DNA of 55,608 nt. It comes from Candidatus Wolfebacteria bacterium GW2011_GWE2_44_13 (GTDB lineage: Bacteria > Patescibacteriota > Minisyncoccia > UBA6257 > UBA9933). Of the stretch, positions 23,563-31,925 are shown piece by piece. The DNA lies in NCBI GenBank assembly GCA_001000675.1, contig LCHW01000001.1, positions 160,686 through 216,293 on the forward strand, in the 5' to 3' direction. The translations under genes and the position numbers were made by a program. The stretch's first letter is position 1. Every line of letters begins with the position of its first letter. The notes beneath the pieces were generated by a model. It ran no database searches. It worked only from the letters and a program-made list of their open reading frames with translations, and had not been told where the DNA came from.

Positions 23563-24255
23563 ATGAAACACCCACATTGTAATCGTTCCCATGCAGCTCA
23601 CTTGTTTTGGTGTCGCGGGTTTGCCCCTGTATTTTTTATTGTCGCTGTCGCGCTTATCGTTGTTGCGGTTGGAAGTGGACTTTATTTTACCGTACAAAAA
23701 AGTCCTGTGGAAAATGTCGCCTTGCCTGTTATGGATGAAGTGATTGATACTATCGCCACAAGTACCGACATTATCGCTACAACTTCAGTTGAGGTAAGTA
23801 GTACTGTTCCTATTGCACAAACAAATACTAAGCCAATAGTTACAACACCTGCTCCGGAAATAAAGAAAGAAGTTCCCGTTCCTACTGCGCCAAAGATTGT
23901 ACCGAGTAAGCCTGTTGATTGCGGAGAGGGGGCTACCGCTGAAACGTGTATGTTTGATCATATTGCTTCGTGTACTGCTGCGAAAGCGATTTTTTCAGAT
24001 GAAGGCACTGGTGTTCGCGTAGAACATACTGTTGATGGATTGGTGGGGGGGGAGTGTCCGTATCGCTCAACAATTATCGCAGCGCCAGAACAATATGCTA
24101 TTCTCGAAGGCCTGAACGTTCAGTGTAACCTTCCGAAGGATCAGCTGCTAAAAGTAATGCAGGCATCTAATGAAACGGAATTGCTACAACTTTGCACTGG
24201 ATCGTATATCGATATCTTACGCCAAGCACGAGGCATGACCGCACCTACTGAATAA
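23563..24255 (+). CDS. membrane-anchored Cys-rich extracytoplasmic protein (paralog b) with Thr/Pro-rich linker
   Basis: 230 aa. TM, then a linker, then the same domain (DCGEG..ETCMFDHIASCTAAKAI...CPYR...VQCNLP...LCTGSYIDI). It contains a G8 run at 24045-24052. Confidence 0.65.
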   Translation: MKHPHCNRSHAAHLFWCRGFAPVFFIVAVALIVVAVGSGLYFTVQKSPVENVALPVMDEVIDTIATSTDIIATTSVEVSSTVPIAQTNTKPIVTTPAPEIKKEVPVPTAPKIVPSKPVDCGEGATAETCMFDHIASCTAAKAIFSDEGTGVRVEHTVDGLVGGECPYRSTIIAAPEQYAILEGLNVQCNLPKDQLLKVMQASNETELLQLCTGSYIDILRQARGMTAPTE

Positions 24256-24267
24256 GAGAATACTATT

Positions 24268-25434
24268 ATGAAAAAACTTTCTGCATTATACGATCGAAAT
24301 CTTTCCGAAGAAATAGTTATCGTTCGCGTTGATCTTAATATCAATAACAAAACCCTTAAAGAGAAAAAGGCTAACTTACGGGTTACCTCGATTATCCCTA
24401 CGATTCAATTTTTAACAAAGCGAGGAGCAAAAGTCGTATTAGTCAGCCATCGAGGAAGACCCGAAGCAATTAATACTGATGTAAAAGAATTAACACTTAA
24501 GCCGTTTGCTCTGCTCATTGGAAAATTGCTTAAAAAGCCTGTTCAATTTATCCCGCTCGATGCGAAGAACGAAAGGATTATTTCAGAAAAGGATGGTGAA
24601 AAAATTAAGAAAGCTCCTAAAGGGTCCGTGTTTTTATTAGAGAACATGCGATTTTTGGCCGGCGAGGATAAGAATGAAACGAGCACTATTAAACCGCTTG
24701 CCGAGCTGGGCACTTTTTATGTGAACGATGCGTTTGCATTTAGTCATAGAAAGACGGCCTCAATGGTTGCTATTACTAAACTCCTTCCTTCTTGTGCGGG
24801 ATTATTACTTGAAAGCGAGTTGCTCCATCTTGATAGGGCGATGCACAATCACGAGCATCCGCTCGTTGTTATCCTTGGTGGCGCAAAGATGACCGATAAA
24901 ATGGGTTTGATTAAAGGCTTTATCGGGAAGGCAGATTATTTTCTTGCGGGTGGTGGTGTTGCAAATACGTTTATGGCTGCAGATGGCTTACCGATCGGGG
25001 ATTCGATTTATGAAAAGCATATGATTTCGACTGCAAAGAAGATTATGAAATCAAATAAAGTCATCGTACCGTTTGATGTGGTGGTTTCTGAAAGAAGAAT
25101 TGTTGATAATGGCGTCGGGACGACTGATGAGTGGATTGAAATTATTAAATCAGCAAAGACGATTATTTGGAATGGGCCATTGGGCGTTATCGAGGACAAA
25201 CGATTTGCAAAAGGTTCTATTGCCATTGCTAAGGCAATAGCAAAAAGTAAGGCATTTTCTGTTGTGGGTGGAGGAGAAACTTCCCTTGCCTTTGCGGGTA
25301 TTCCGTTAAAGAAAAATACGTTTCTTTCAACAGGCGGTGGTGCTATGTTGGAATATCTTTCCGGTATTAAGTTGCCAGGCATTACCGCATTGCGCATAAA
25401 CGAAAAGAAAAATGAAAAAAGAAAAACAAAGTAA
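24268..25434 (+). CDS. pgk: phosphoglycerate kinase
   Basis: 388 aa. VRVDLNI, VSHRGRP, ENMRF..GE, NDAFAFSHR and GGGAML blocks. Confidence 0.92.
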   Translation: MKKLSALYDRNLSEEIVIVRVDLNINNKTLKEKKANLRVTSIIPTIQFLTKRGAKVVLVSHRGRPEAINTDVKELTLKPFALLIGKLLKKPVQFIPLDAKNERIISEKDGEKIKKAPKGSVFLLENMRFLAGEDKNETSTIKPLAELGTFYVNDAFAFSHRKTASMVAITKLLPSCAGLLLESELLHLDRAMHNHEHPLVVILGGAKMTDKMGLIKGFIGKADYFLAGGGVANTFMAADGLPIGDSIYEKHMISTAKKIMKSNKVIVPFDVVVSERRIVDNGVGTTDEWIEIIKSAKTIIWNGPLGVIEDKRFAKGSIAIAKAIAKSKAFSVVGGGETSLAFAGIPLKKNTFLSTGGGAMLEYLSGIKLPGITALRINEKKNEKRKTK

Positions 25435-26299
25435 GAATAGTATAGAGCAGGATATTGTTGTGCTCTATCATAATGGCTGCCACGATGGGTTTGGTGGAGC
25501 ATGGGCAGCGTGGAAAAAATTTAAAAACAAGGCGCTCTATGTTGGCGTTGAACATGGGAAAGATATTCCTGCAGGGCTTGTAGATAAAGATATCTATTGT
25601 ATTGATTTTTGCTATAACGAGGAGGTGATGAGCTCCTTGCTCGCAGTTAATAACAAGGTGGTCGTACTTGACCACCATTTTAGCCAACGCGATGTTGTGG
25701 GAATTTCAACTGAGCATGTGTATGATAATGATCGTTCTGGGTCTGTTATTGCGTGGCAATATTTTTTCCCGAAGGAAGCGGTGCCTAAATTGCTAAAACA
25801 TATCCAAGATGTAGATCTTTGGAAATTTAACGTTCCGCATACAAAGGAGTTGATGTCAGCACTTGATGAATATGAGTTTGATTTTAAGGTATGGAATAAA
25901 ATAGCAGCAGCGTTTGAAGATAAGGAGTTAATCAAAAAATATCTTGAAGCAGGCAGGACAATTTTGAAATATAATGAACGAATTATTGAACGATTAGTTC
26001 GCCATGCTGAACATGTTGTGTTTGAGGGTGTAGATGCCTATGCGATAAATGTGCCGTTACTTGAGTCAGAGATTGGGAATTGGATCGTAGAGCATAAAAA
26101 AGCAGTTGCAATTATGTGGGCATACAAAGGTGGGGGGGTAAAAGTTTCCTTACGATCGGATGGGAAAACAGATGTTTCAGCGCTTGCGCAACGATACGGT
26201 GGGGGAGGACATAAAGCAGCGGCCGGCTTTGCTTTTGATGTGAATGTAACGTTCCCTTGGGTAAAGCAGGTTACTAAAAAGAAAAGTCCTATCGTTTGA
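25412..26299 (+). CDS. DHH/DHHA1-family phosphoesterase (NrnB/COG2404-like)
   Basis: 295 aa. LYHNGCHDGFGGAWAAW N-terminal motif, VLDHH, and C-terminal GGGGHKAAAGF (DHHA1). It overlaps the pgk end by 23 nt. Confidence 0.8.
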   Translation: MKKEKQSKNSIEQDIVVLYHNGCHDGFGGAWAAWKKFKNKALYVGVEHGKDIPAGLVDKDIYCIDFCYNEEVMSSLLAVNNKVVVLDHHFSQRDVVGISTEHVYDNDRSGSVIAWQYFFPKEAVPKLLKHIQDVDLWKFNVPHTKELMSALDEYEFDFKVWNKIAAAFEDKELIKKYLEAGRTILKYNERIIERLVRHAEHVVFEGVDAYAINVPLLESEIGNWIVEHKKAVAIMWAYKGGGVKVSLRSDGKTDVSALAQRYGGGGHKAAAGFAFDVNVTFPWVKQVTKKKSPIV

Positions 26300-26344
26300 C
26301 ACAATAACCGTTCTCGTGTATGACTGGTAGCAGTTGTGTGGAGT

Positions 26345-26770
26345 GATAAGTCGGTAGAGGGGCGATTACTCTTTTGCTTCGGCAAAGGGGAGGAAGGTCC
26401 GGACACTCATTCGTCCCATCAATTAAATCAATGTCTTGTGGTGACGGTTGAAGCAACCGCGCTACCGCTTCGTGTTGCTATGAGATGTTGGTTTAATTGG
26501 TGGGAGGTCTAACAAGGTAGCGGCTAACAGCCGTCGGGAGCAATCCCCGAGGTGCGAGCAGAGACGTCGTAATTCGAAAGGGTTACGAGCTCCGCAAGGA
26601 GTAGCTCTTATGGAAACATAGGAGGTGAAACGGCTAAATCCTTACCGAGTGCAAGGTCGTACTCCAATAGCAATATTGGTGGGTACCGCACGAACTCTTG
26701 GAGTAATCCAGGGTCCAGATAAATTATCGTCGAGACACAGAATCCGGCCTATTATCTACCGATTTATTCT
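26345..26770 (+). ncRNA. rnpB: RNase P RNA (bacterial)
   Basis: P4 strands GGAGGAAGGTCCGGACAC (5') and ACACAGAATCCGGCCTAT (3'), plus an internal GGTGAAACGG motif. P1-like pairing is GATAAGTCGGTAG / CTACCGATTTATT. The ends are approximate (+/-15 nt). Confidence 0.88.
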
Positions 26771-26795
26771 TCTATATAACTAATGCCGTTTAAAT

Positions 26796-26828
26796 AAAAA
26801 CAGCTTATCAATTGATAAGCTGTTTTTT
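26796..26828. terminator. bidirectional terminator
   Basis: A-run, 22-nt perfect palindrome CAGCTTATCAATTGATAAGCTG, then a T6 run. It lies between rnpB (+) and the transporter gene (-). Confidence 0.85.
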
Positions 26829-26830
26829 AT

Positions 26831-28186
26831 TTAGATAAATGATGCGAGCAATGCGATGGCAAAACCGCTCATAACTACAAATGCGATACCGAGCAATGTT
26901 TTTGAGAGAGGGCCGCTTTTGTATTCGCCCATAACATCTTCGCGACCTGCAATCCGCATAATAAGAAAAATGAGTGGGACCGCGGCGATGCCATTAAACA
27001 CGGCGGTGAACACAAGCGCCTTAATGGGGTTGAATCCCAAAAAATTGAATAGGAGCCCCGCGATTGTTCCAAAGACAATGACCAGGTAAAAGTTTCTCGA
27101 TTGCTTAAACTTGCGGTATAGCCCTTCGCGCCAGTTAAATGTTTCTGCTACCGCATAGGCTGATGACCCGGCAAGCACAGGAATGCTTTGTAGACCGATG
27201 CCGATAATGCCAACGGCGAAGATCATTTTTGCTAAGAAGCCGGCATTGGGAAATGTTTGTACGAGCGGCTCTAGTGCCTTTGCCGCATCGGCTGCCGTTT
27301 CGATATTCAGAGTGCCTGCTTGATGAAACACAACCGCACCCACCACGATGATAAACCATGCGGTGACGTTGGAGAACAGCATACCAATAAATGTGTCGAT
27401 ACGCAGGTACTTCAGATAGGCCTTTGATATTTTCGGAACGCCACCTCGTTGTGGCAAACGTTTGCTTGCAATCTCATCTTCTACAACGTTGCTTGTCTGC
27501 CAGAAAAATAGATAGGGAGAAATCGTTGTTCCGAAGATAGCAACGATGATGTAGAGAAACGATTTACTGAGCTCGATGCGGGGAGTGAAAGTTGCCTTAA
27601 TCGCTTCCCACCAGGGGACATTGATCATGAACGCTGTGATAAAATAAGCGAACAGCGCCAAGGATAGCCACTTGAGAATACGGATGTAGGTGCGATAGGA
27701 GATTAACACTTCTAGGAGGATGATGAGCAACGCAAAGATTACCGCCAACAATGAAAAGGGAAGTGTGGGAAAGATTAACTTAGTACTGGCAGCCATCGCA
27801 CCGATATCGGATCCAATGTTGAGCGTGTTTGCCGCTACAACTAAAAACACTACGGGATAGAGGATCTTTTTTGGATAGTGTTCCCGAACTACGGCAGCAA
27901 GTCCTTTACCGGTGACCGCACCGATACGCATACACGCTTCCTGTACCGCGGTCATTAACGGCAGCGTAAAAAGCATTGTCCAGGGAATGGTAAATCCGAA
28001 CTGTGCTCCTGCCTGTGAGTAGGTCGCGATGCCCGATGGGTCGTCATCGGCTGCACCAGTCACGATACCTGGTCCAAGGAGGCGTAGTAGGCGACTAATC
28101 TTTTTGGGACGTTTCTTCTTGACCGTTGTGCCTAGTTCTTTTTGCTGCTCTGCTTCGTGAATTATTTCATCGGGGAACTGAACCAT
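26831..28186 (-). CDS. NRAMP-family metal ion transporter (non-canonical site motifs)
   Basis: 451 aa with ~11 TM segments. GPGIVTGAADDDPSGIATYSQAGAQFG is NRAMP-like TM1, and FGTTISPYLFFWQ is TM6-like. Confidence 0.8.
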   Translation of the reverse strand: MVQFPDEIIHEAEQQKELGTTVKKKRPKKISRLLRLLGPGIVTGAADDDPSGIATYSQAGAQFGFTIPWTMLFTLPLMTAVQEACMRIGAVTGKGLAAVVREHYPKKILYPVVFLVVAANTLNIGSDIGAMAASTKLIFPTLPFSLLAVIFALLIILLEVLISYRTYIRILKWLSLALFAYFITAFMINVPWWEAIKATFTPRIELSKSFLYIIVAIFGTTISPYLFFWQTSNVVEDEIASKRLPQRGGVPKISKAYLKYLRIDTFIGMLFSNVTAWFIIVVGAVVFHQAGTLNIETAADAAKALEPLVQTFPNAGFLAKMIFAVGIIGIGLQSIPVLAGSSAYAVAETFNWREGLYRKFKQSRNFYLVIVFGTIAGLLFNFLGFNPIKALVFTAVFNGIAAVPLIFLIMRIAGREDVMGEYKSGPLSKTLLGIAFVVMSGFAIALLASFI

Positions 28187-28251
28187 AGTATAAAATGTGT
28201 TGTTGCTTGAATGCGTTGTTATATATGGAACAAGTATACAGGGAAATTAAA

Positions 28252-28281
28252 TAAAAAAATACCGATTCTTGCGAATCGGTA
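28252..28281 (-). terminator. terminator of the RRM-protein gene
   Basis: On the minus strand: TACCGATTC-GCAA-GAATCGGTA, followed by a T7 run. Confidence 0.8.
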
Positions 28282-28295
28282 CCTTTCCGGTTTAC

Positions 28296-28631
28296 TTAGT
28301 AACCTCCACGGTTTCCACCGCCGAAGCCTCCTCGTCCACCACGATCACCACCACGATCGAAGTCACGGCGCGGTGCGCGTTCCTCCATCGGGCGAGCAAC
28401 GTTTACAGTCAAAGAACGTCCTTCGAAGTCCTTTCCGTTAAACATGTCGATCGCTTTCTCAGCTTCATCATCTGAAGCCATTTCTACGAAGCCGAAACCC
28501 TTTGAGCGGCCAGTCATCTTATCGATGATGATCATAGCTGATTCAACGGTTCCTGCCTGTGAAAACAAGTCATTCAATGCGTCCTGAGTTGTCGAGTACG
28601 GCAACCCACCTACGTATAATTTTTTGCCCAT
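28296..28631 (-). CDS. RRM-type RNA-binding protein with Arg/Gly-rich tail
   Basis: 111 aa. RNP2 KLYVGGL and RNP1 KGFGFVEM, with C-terminal DRGGDRGGRGGFGGGNRGGY. Confidence 0.9.
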   Translation of the reverse strand: MGKKLYVGGLPYSTTQDALNDLFSQAGTVESAMIIIDKMTGRSKGFGFVEMASDDEAEKAIDMFNGKDFEGRSLTVNVARPMEERAPRRDFDRGGDRGGRGGFGGGNRGGY

Positions 28632-28777
28632 TTTTTTGAGATAGTATATTTAATTCCGTAAGTCGACCCTTCTCGTAGGCCTCGAGAGCGCATAAAACAA
28701 AAACGTTTTACCTTCATTATCCACATCCGCTACAGCAGTTCGGGATTGGAAGCAAACTGAGAAAACTTACTGAGAAC

Positions 28778-28806
28778 AGTATACTACATACCTTTTAAAA
28801 GCACAA
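28778..28806 (-). promoter_or_regulatory. candidate promoter of the RRM-protein gene (implies a ~140-nt 5' UTR)
   Basis: On the minus strand: TTGTGC, 17-nt spacer, TATACT. Confidence 0.4.
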
Positions 28807-28831
28807 TAGCCATGCCATAACCTTCAGTTTC

Positions 28832-28859
28832 TTGCAAATCCACAGAAATACAGTATGCT
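28832..28859 (+). promoter_or_regulatory. candidate promoter giving a leaderless pseudouridine synthase mRNA
   Basis: TTGCAA (28832-28837), 16-nt spacer, TATGCT (28854-28859), then 7 nt to ATG 28867. Confidence 0.4.
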
Positions 28860-28866
28860 TCGGTAT

Positions 28867-29589
28867 ATGGAATCCATTGAATATCCCATTCGTATCAATA
28901 AGTATCTTGCACTAAAGCAGATTGCCAGCAGGCGCGAAGCTGACCGGCTTATTCAGGATAAGCAAATCCGTATCAATGGCAAAGTTGCTATTGTAGGGGA
29001 TAAGGTGCAAAAAGGAGATTCTGTGGAGGTTGGCAGCGGCGCAAAGGCACTTGCGAAAAAACGCATCTACCTCGCTTTTTGTAAGCCGGAGGGTATCGTG
29101 ACGCATAGTCCAGAACGAGGACAACGAAGCATTGCTGATATCTTTGATTTTGGTGAGCGTATATTTCCAATCGGTCGTCTCGACAAAGATTCTCGCGGGT
29201 TAATTATTCTTACGAATGACGGACGTATTACGGATAAGTTGTTAAACCCTGATAGTGGACATGAGAAAGAATATATCATTCGCGTTGATAAAACGGTTAA
29301 CCCAGAGTTTATTGATGCTATGCGAAAAGGCGTAAAGCTTGATGATGGCTATGTAACAAAAAAATGTGTTGTTGAATCAACGGGTGCAAAGCAGTTTCGC
29401 ATTATCTTGAAAGAAGGAAAAAAACGACAAATTCGTCGTATGTGCGAAGCACTCGGATACGAGGTGACGGATCTGTTGCGTATCCGCATTATGGATGTCC
29501 GATTGCGTGATTTACGTGCGGGTGAGTTTCGCCAATTGAAAGGCGCCGAACTGCAAACATTTTTGCAGGGGATTGGGATGAAAGAATAA
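28867..29589 (+). CDS. RsuA/RluB/RluF-family pseudouridine synthase with S4 domain
   Basis: RINKYLA...SRREADRLI (S4 domain) and catalytic GRLDKDSRGLIILTNDG. The track start 28855 lies inside the predicted -10, so ATG 28867 is preferred. Both starts are in frame. Confidence 0.88.
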   Translation: MESIEYPIRINKYLALKQIASRREADRLIQDKQIRINGKVAIVGDKVQKGDSVEVGSGAKALAKKRIYLAFCKPEGIVTHSPERGQRSIADIFDFGERIFPIGRLDKDSRGLIILTNDGRITDKLLNPDSGHEKEYIIRVDKTVNPEFIDAMRKGVKLDDGYVTKKCVVESTGAKQFRIILKEGKKRQIRRMCEALGYEVTDLLRIRIMDVRLRDLRAGEFRQLKGAELQTFLQGIGMKE

Positions 29590-29596
29590 TATCTAT

Positions 29597-29631
29597 AAAA
29601 AGCCCTGCACTTATTTGGTGCAGGGCTTTTT
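29597..29631. terminator. bidirectional terminator
   Basis: AAAAAGCCCTGCAC-TTATTTG-GTGCAGGGCTTTTT. Confidence 0.85.
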
Positions 29632-29643
29632 ATAGCGAATACC

Positions 29644-30369
29644 TTACTTACATTTAATGAATTTATCGTGATAGCGCAGCATCATGATATTAATAGCGAT
29701 GAATGCGAGGAGCGTTATTGGTCCGACAAAGATAAGCGCGATTAATATCCATGGCTCGAGATTAAGAACGAGCAGCGTTATTAAAAGCAATGTAATGATA
29801 ATCGATAAAAGTATGCTGAAATTGATCGCTGAATGGAGTGGAGCAGGGGCCTTCTTTTCATACTTATACGTCAAATATGAATGGGGCATGCTGAAGCAGA
29901 GAGCACTCGTTATAATGAAGAATGTTATAAAAAGAGGGAATGATGAAATAGTTTGTGTGATTACATCAGCAATCGGCATGTAATCCATAAAACGAACGAT
30001 TCCAGGGTATTCCATCGCTGTGTATTTGTGTGCTATCGCATAAAAGTATGCAATAGCGGGGAATATAATCAAAAGAAATGCGAGTGCGATTGCTTCGTAT
30101 GCAAGAATTAATTTTTGCGTCTCAACAGTTCTTGGGGTGAACTGTTTCGGCAAGCAGATAATTCGTTCTCGTATGGTTCGAAAATTAATAAGCGCAAAAA
30201 AGAGTATGGTTATGATATATGCCCATGTTGGATGGAATGCGATTACATCAACGAGCGGAGCGATTGCCTGAATAGGGGAAAGCTCCCGTATTAAAACGGC
30301 TGCGCTGTGAATAATCATTGCGGCAAGAATGCCGAGGAGAAGTGGGTTTATTTTTGAGTTACTGTACAT
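29644..30369 (-). CDS. polytopic membrane protein, unknown function
   Basis: 241-aa ORF with ~7 hydrophobic segments. No motif recognised. Confidence 0.6.
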   Translation of the reverse strand: MYSNSKINPLLLGILAAMIIHSAAVLIRELSPIQAIAPLVDVIAFHPTWAYIITILFFALINFRTIRERIICLPKQFTPRTVETQKLILAYEAIALAFLLIIFPAIAYFYAIAHKYTAMEYPGIVRFMDYMPIADVITQTISSFPLFITFFIITSALCFSMPHSYLTYKYEKKAPAPLHSAINFSILLSIIITLLLITLLVLNLEPWILIALIFVGPITLLAFIAINIMMLRYHDKFIKCK

Positions 30370-30381
30370 GCCTATATTCGT

Positions 30382-30897
30382 CTACGTGTTATTAAATAAT
30401 GATATCGTTTTTGCGACCTCGTCCGCAATACCTTCGATACAATTGTACGCTTGTATCTCCTGTTCGTCGACCCATGCGTAATCGGTAAACGCGCCTTTTT
30501 CTAGTACTACGTCCCCACTCTTGTATTTTGCAGCGAATTTTACTAATACTACGGGTATCTCGTCGGGACGCACAAAGGAAACGCTGTTGATATATGAGAG
30601 GGTTGGTTCGATTTCAATACCTGCTTCTTCAAATACTTCTCGACACAGTAAGCTCTCGACAGAGTTTTCAAAATCAATAACATCCCCATTCATGCGCGTC
30701 GGGTTGGTTATGTCGAGATCATTCCACTCAAGCTTTCCTCCTGGGACAGCGTATTTCCCCGGATGTACTTTTTCTCGCTCGTCACGTTTTAGAATAAGAC
30801 ATTTACCATCTGCTTCGCGAAACACAACAACGTTTGCTACAAAGTAGAAAAGTTTATCTTGCTTTGCATTTGTTATGCTAATTTTTTCTGCCTTCAT
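30382..30897 (-). CDS. Nudix hydrolase
   Basis: 171 aa. Nudix-box remnants PGGKLEW ... REVFEEAGI, with an unusually long insert between the Gly and REx2EE parts. Confidence 0.75.
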   Translation of the reverse strand: MKAEKISITNAKQDKLFYFVANVVVFREADGKCLILKRDEREKVHPGKYAVPGGKLEWNDLDITNPTRMNGDVIDFENSVESLLCREVFEEAGIEIEPTLSYINSVSFVRPDEIPVVLVKFAAKYKSGDVVLEKGAFTDYAWVDEQEIQAYNCIEGIADEVAKTISLFNNT

Positions 30898-31529
30898 ACG
30901 GTTTCTTTTTTAGGGAATTTAAGAGTGATAAGGAATATTCCAAATACTTTATCATGGAGATATTGCCAGAACCGTTTTGCACGACGATACATAAGAACGG
31001 CAATTGCGATTGAGAGTATCCATACTGCAAGCATTGCATGTGTATATGAAAATACGAGGAAGTAACTTAAGAAGAGTGTTTCGATGAGAAGCGTGGTAAA
31101 CCATCCTCTATAGAGATTATAATATGCGCTAAATGTTTCTACTTGGCTTGTTGTATCTTTTGCTGTTGCGAATATATAACAAAGGCTCCATAGATGATCG
31201 GGTTTCTTTTCCTGATAGGGTTGTTCGAAATATGACTCAGCTTCTTTTAAGAGTAATGCTTCATGAGGAAGATATGCCAACTTCGATTCCCAGTCGAGCA
31301 GGGGGATTATCGGGATATCGCGTATTGCGTTTGAAATACCATGGATAACGTGCCCGAGAAAATAAGAAATTACGAGCCACACGAGCGCCGAGCCGAGGTC
31401 TACGGTAGGGATGGGCATCGTGAAAAAATAAACCATGTTGAATACGATAACAATAGTTGCAATCGCTCCAACCATAAGAAAACTAATTTGATCGAATAAG
31501 CTTGTTTTGGGGAATGTTTTTGTATCCAT
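30894..31529 (-). CDS. membrane protein, unknown function
   Basis: 211-aa ORF with 4-5 TM segments. ATGA start/stop overlap with the downstream Nudix gene. Confidence 0.6.
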   Translation of the reverse strand: MDTKTFPKTSLFDQISFLMVGAIATIVIVFNMVYFFTMPIPTVDLGSALVWLVISYFLGHVIHGISNAIRDIPIIPLLDWESKLAYLPHEALLLKEAESYFEQPYQEKKPDHLWSLCYIFATAKDTTSQVETFSAYYNLYRGWFTTLLIETLFLSYFLVFSYTHAMLAVWILSIAIAVLMYRRAKRFWQYLHDKVFGIFLITLKFPKKETV

Positions 31530-31603
31530 AGATGTATATAGTATACCATGCCTGAAAAATTTTAGGACTTTTATGGATATGCTAGGGGGCGCTGTGATAT
31601 ACT

Positions 31604-31828
31604 ATGCATATGAATACGCAAAAATTTATCATTGGATTGATTATTGGATTAGTGTTAGCGGGAGCAGTTTGGTATGGTCTGCATAATGAGGGGAGCACAG
31701 AAGAAATGCTAAATGAGCAGGCATCGACAACTGTAACGCCAACAGGTATGGCAGGTTCGACACCATTTGCTTTGCCGACAGATGGACCACGTACGACACC
31801 ACCAACATCACCTCCACCACAAGAATAA
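31604..31828 (+). CDS. small membrane-anchored Pro/Thr-rich protein
   Basis: 74 aa (possible start at ATG 31610). One TM (FIIGLIIGLVLAGAVWY) and a TTPPTSPPPQE tail. A terminator follows. Confidence 0.5.
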   Translation: MHMNTQKFIIGLIIGLVLAGAVWYGLHNEGSTEEMLNEQASTTVTPTGMAGSTPFALPTDGPRTTPPTSPPPQE

Positions 31829-31835
31829 AAAACAA

Positions 31836-31858
31836 GCGCCTTATGAGGCGCCTTTTTT
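31836..31858 (+). terminator. rho-independent terminator
   Basis: GCGCCT-TATG-AGGCGC, then CTTTTTT. Confidence 0.8.
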
Positions 31859-31910
31859 ATTAGTATGTGTGAATTCGTTTTTATGACTAGTTGGTATGTG
31901 TAGTGCTATT

Positions 31911-31919
31911 TGGTATCAT
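31911..31919 (+). promoter_or_regulatory. extended -10 placed for a leaderless glucan-synthase mRNA
   Basis: TGgTATCAT, 6 nt (GGTTCT), then ATG at 31926. Confidence 0.45.
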
Positions 31920-31925
31920 GGTTCT

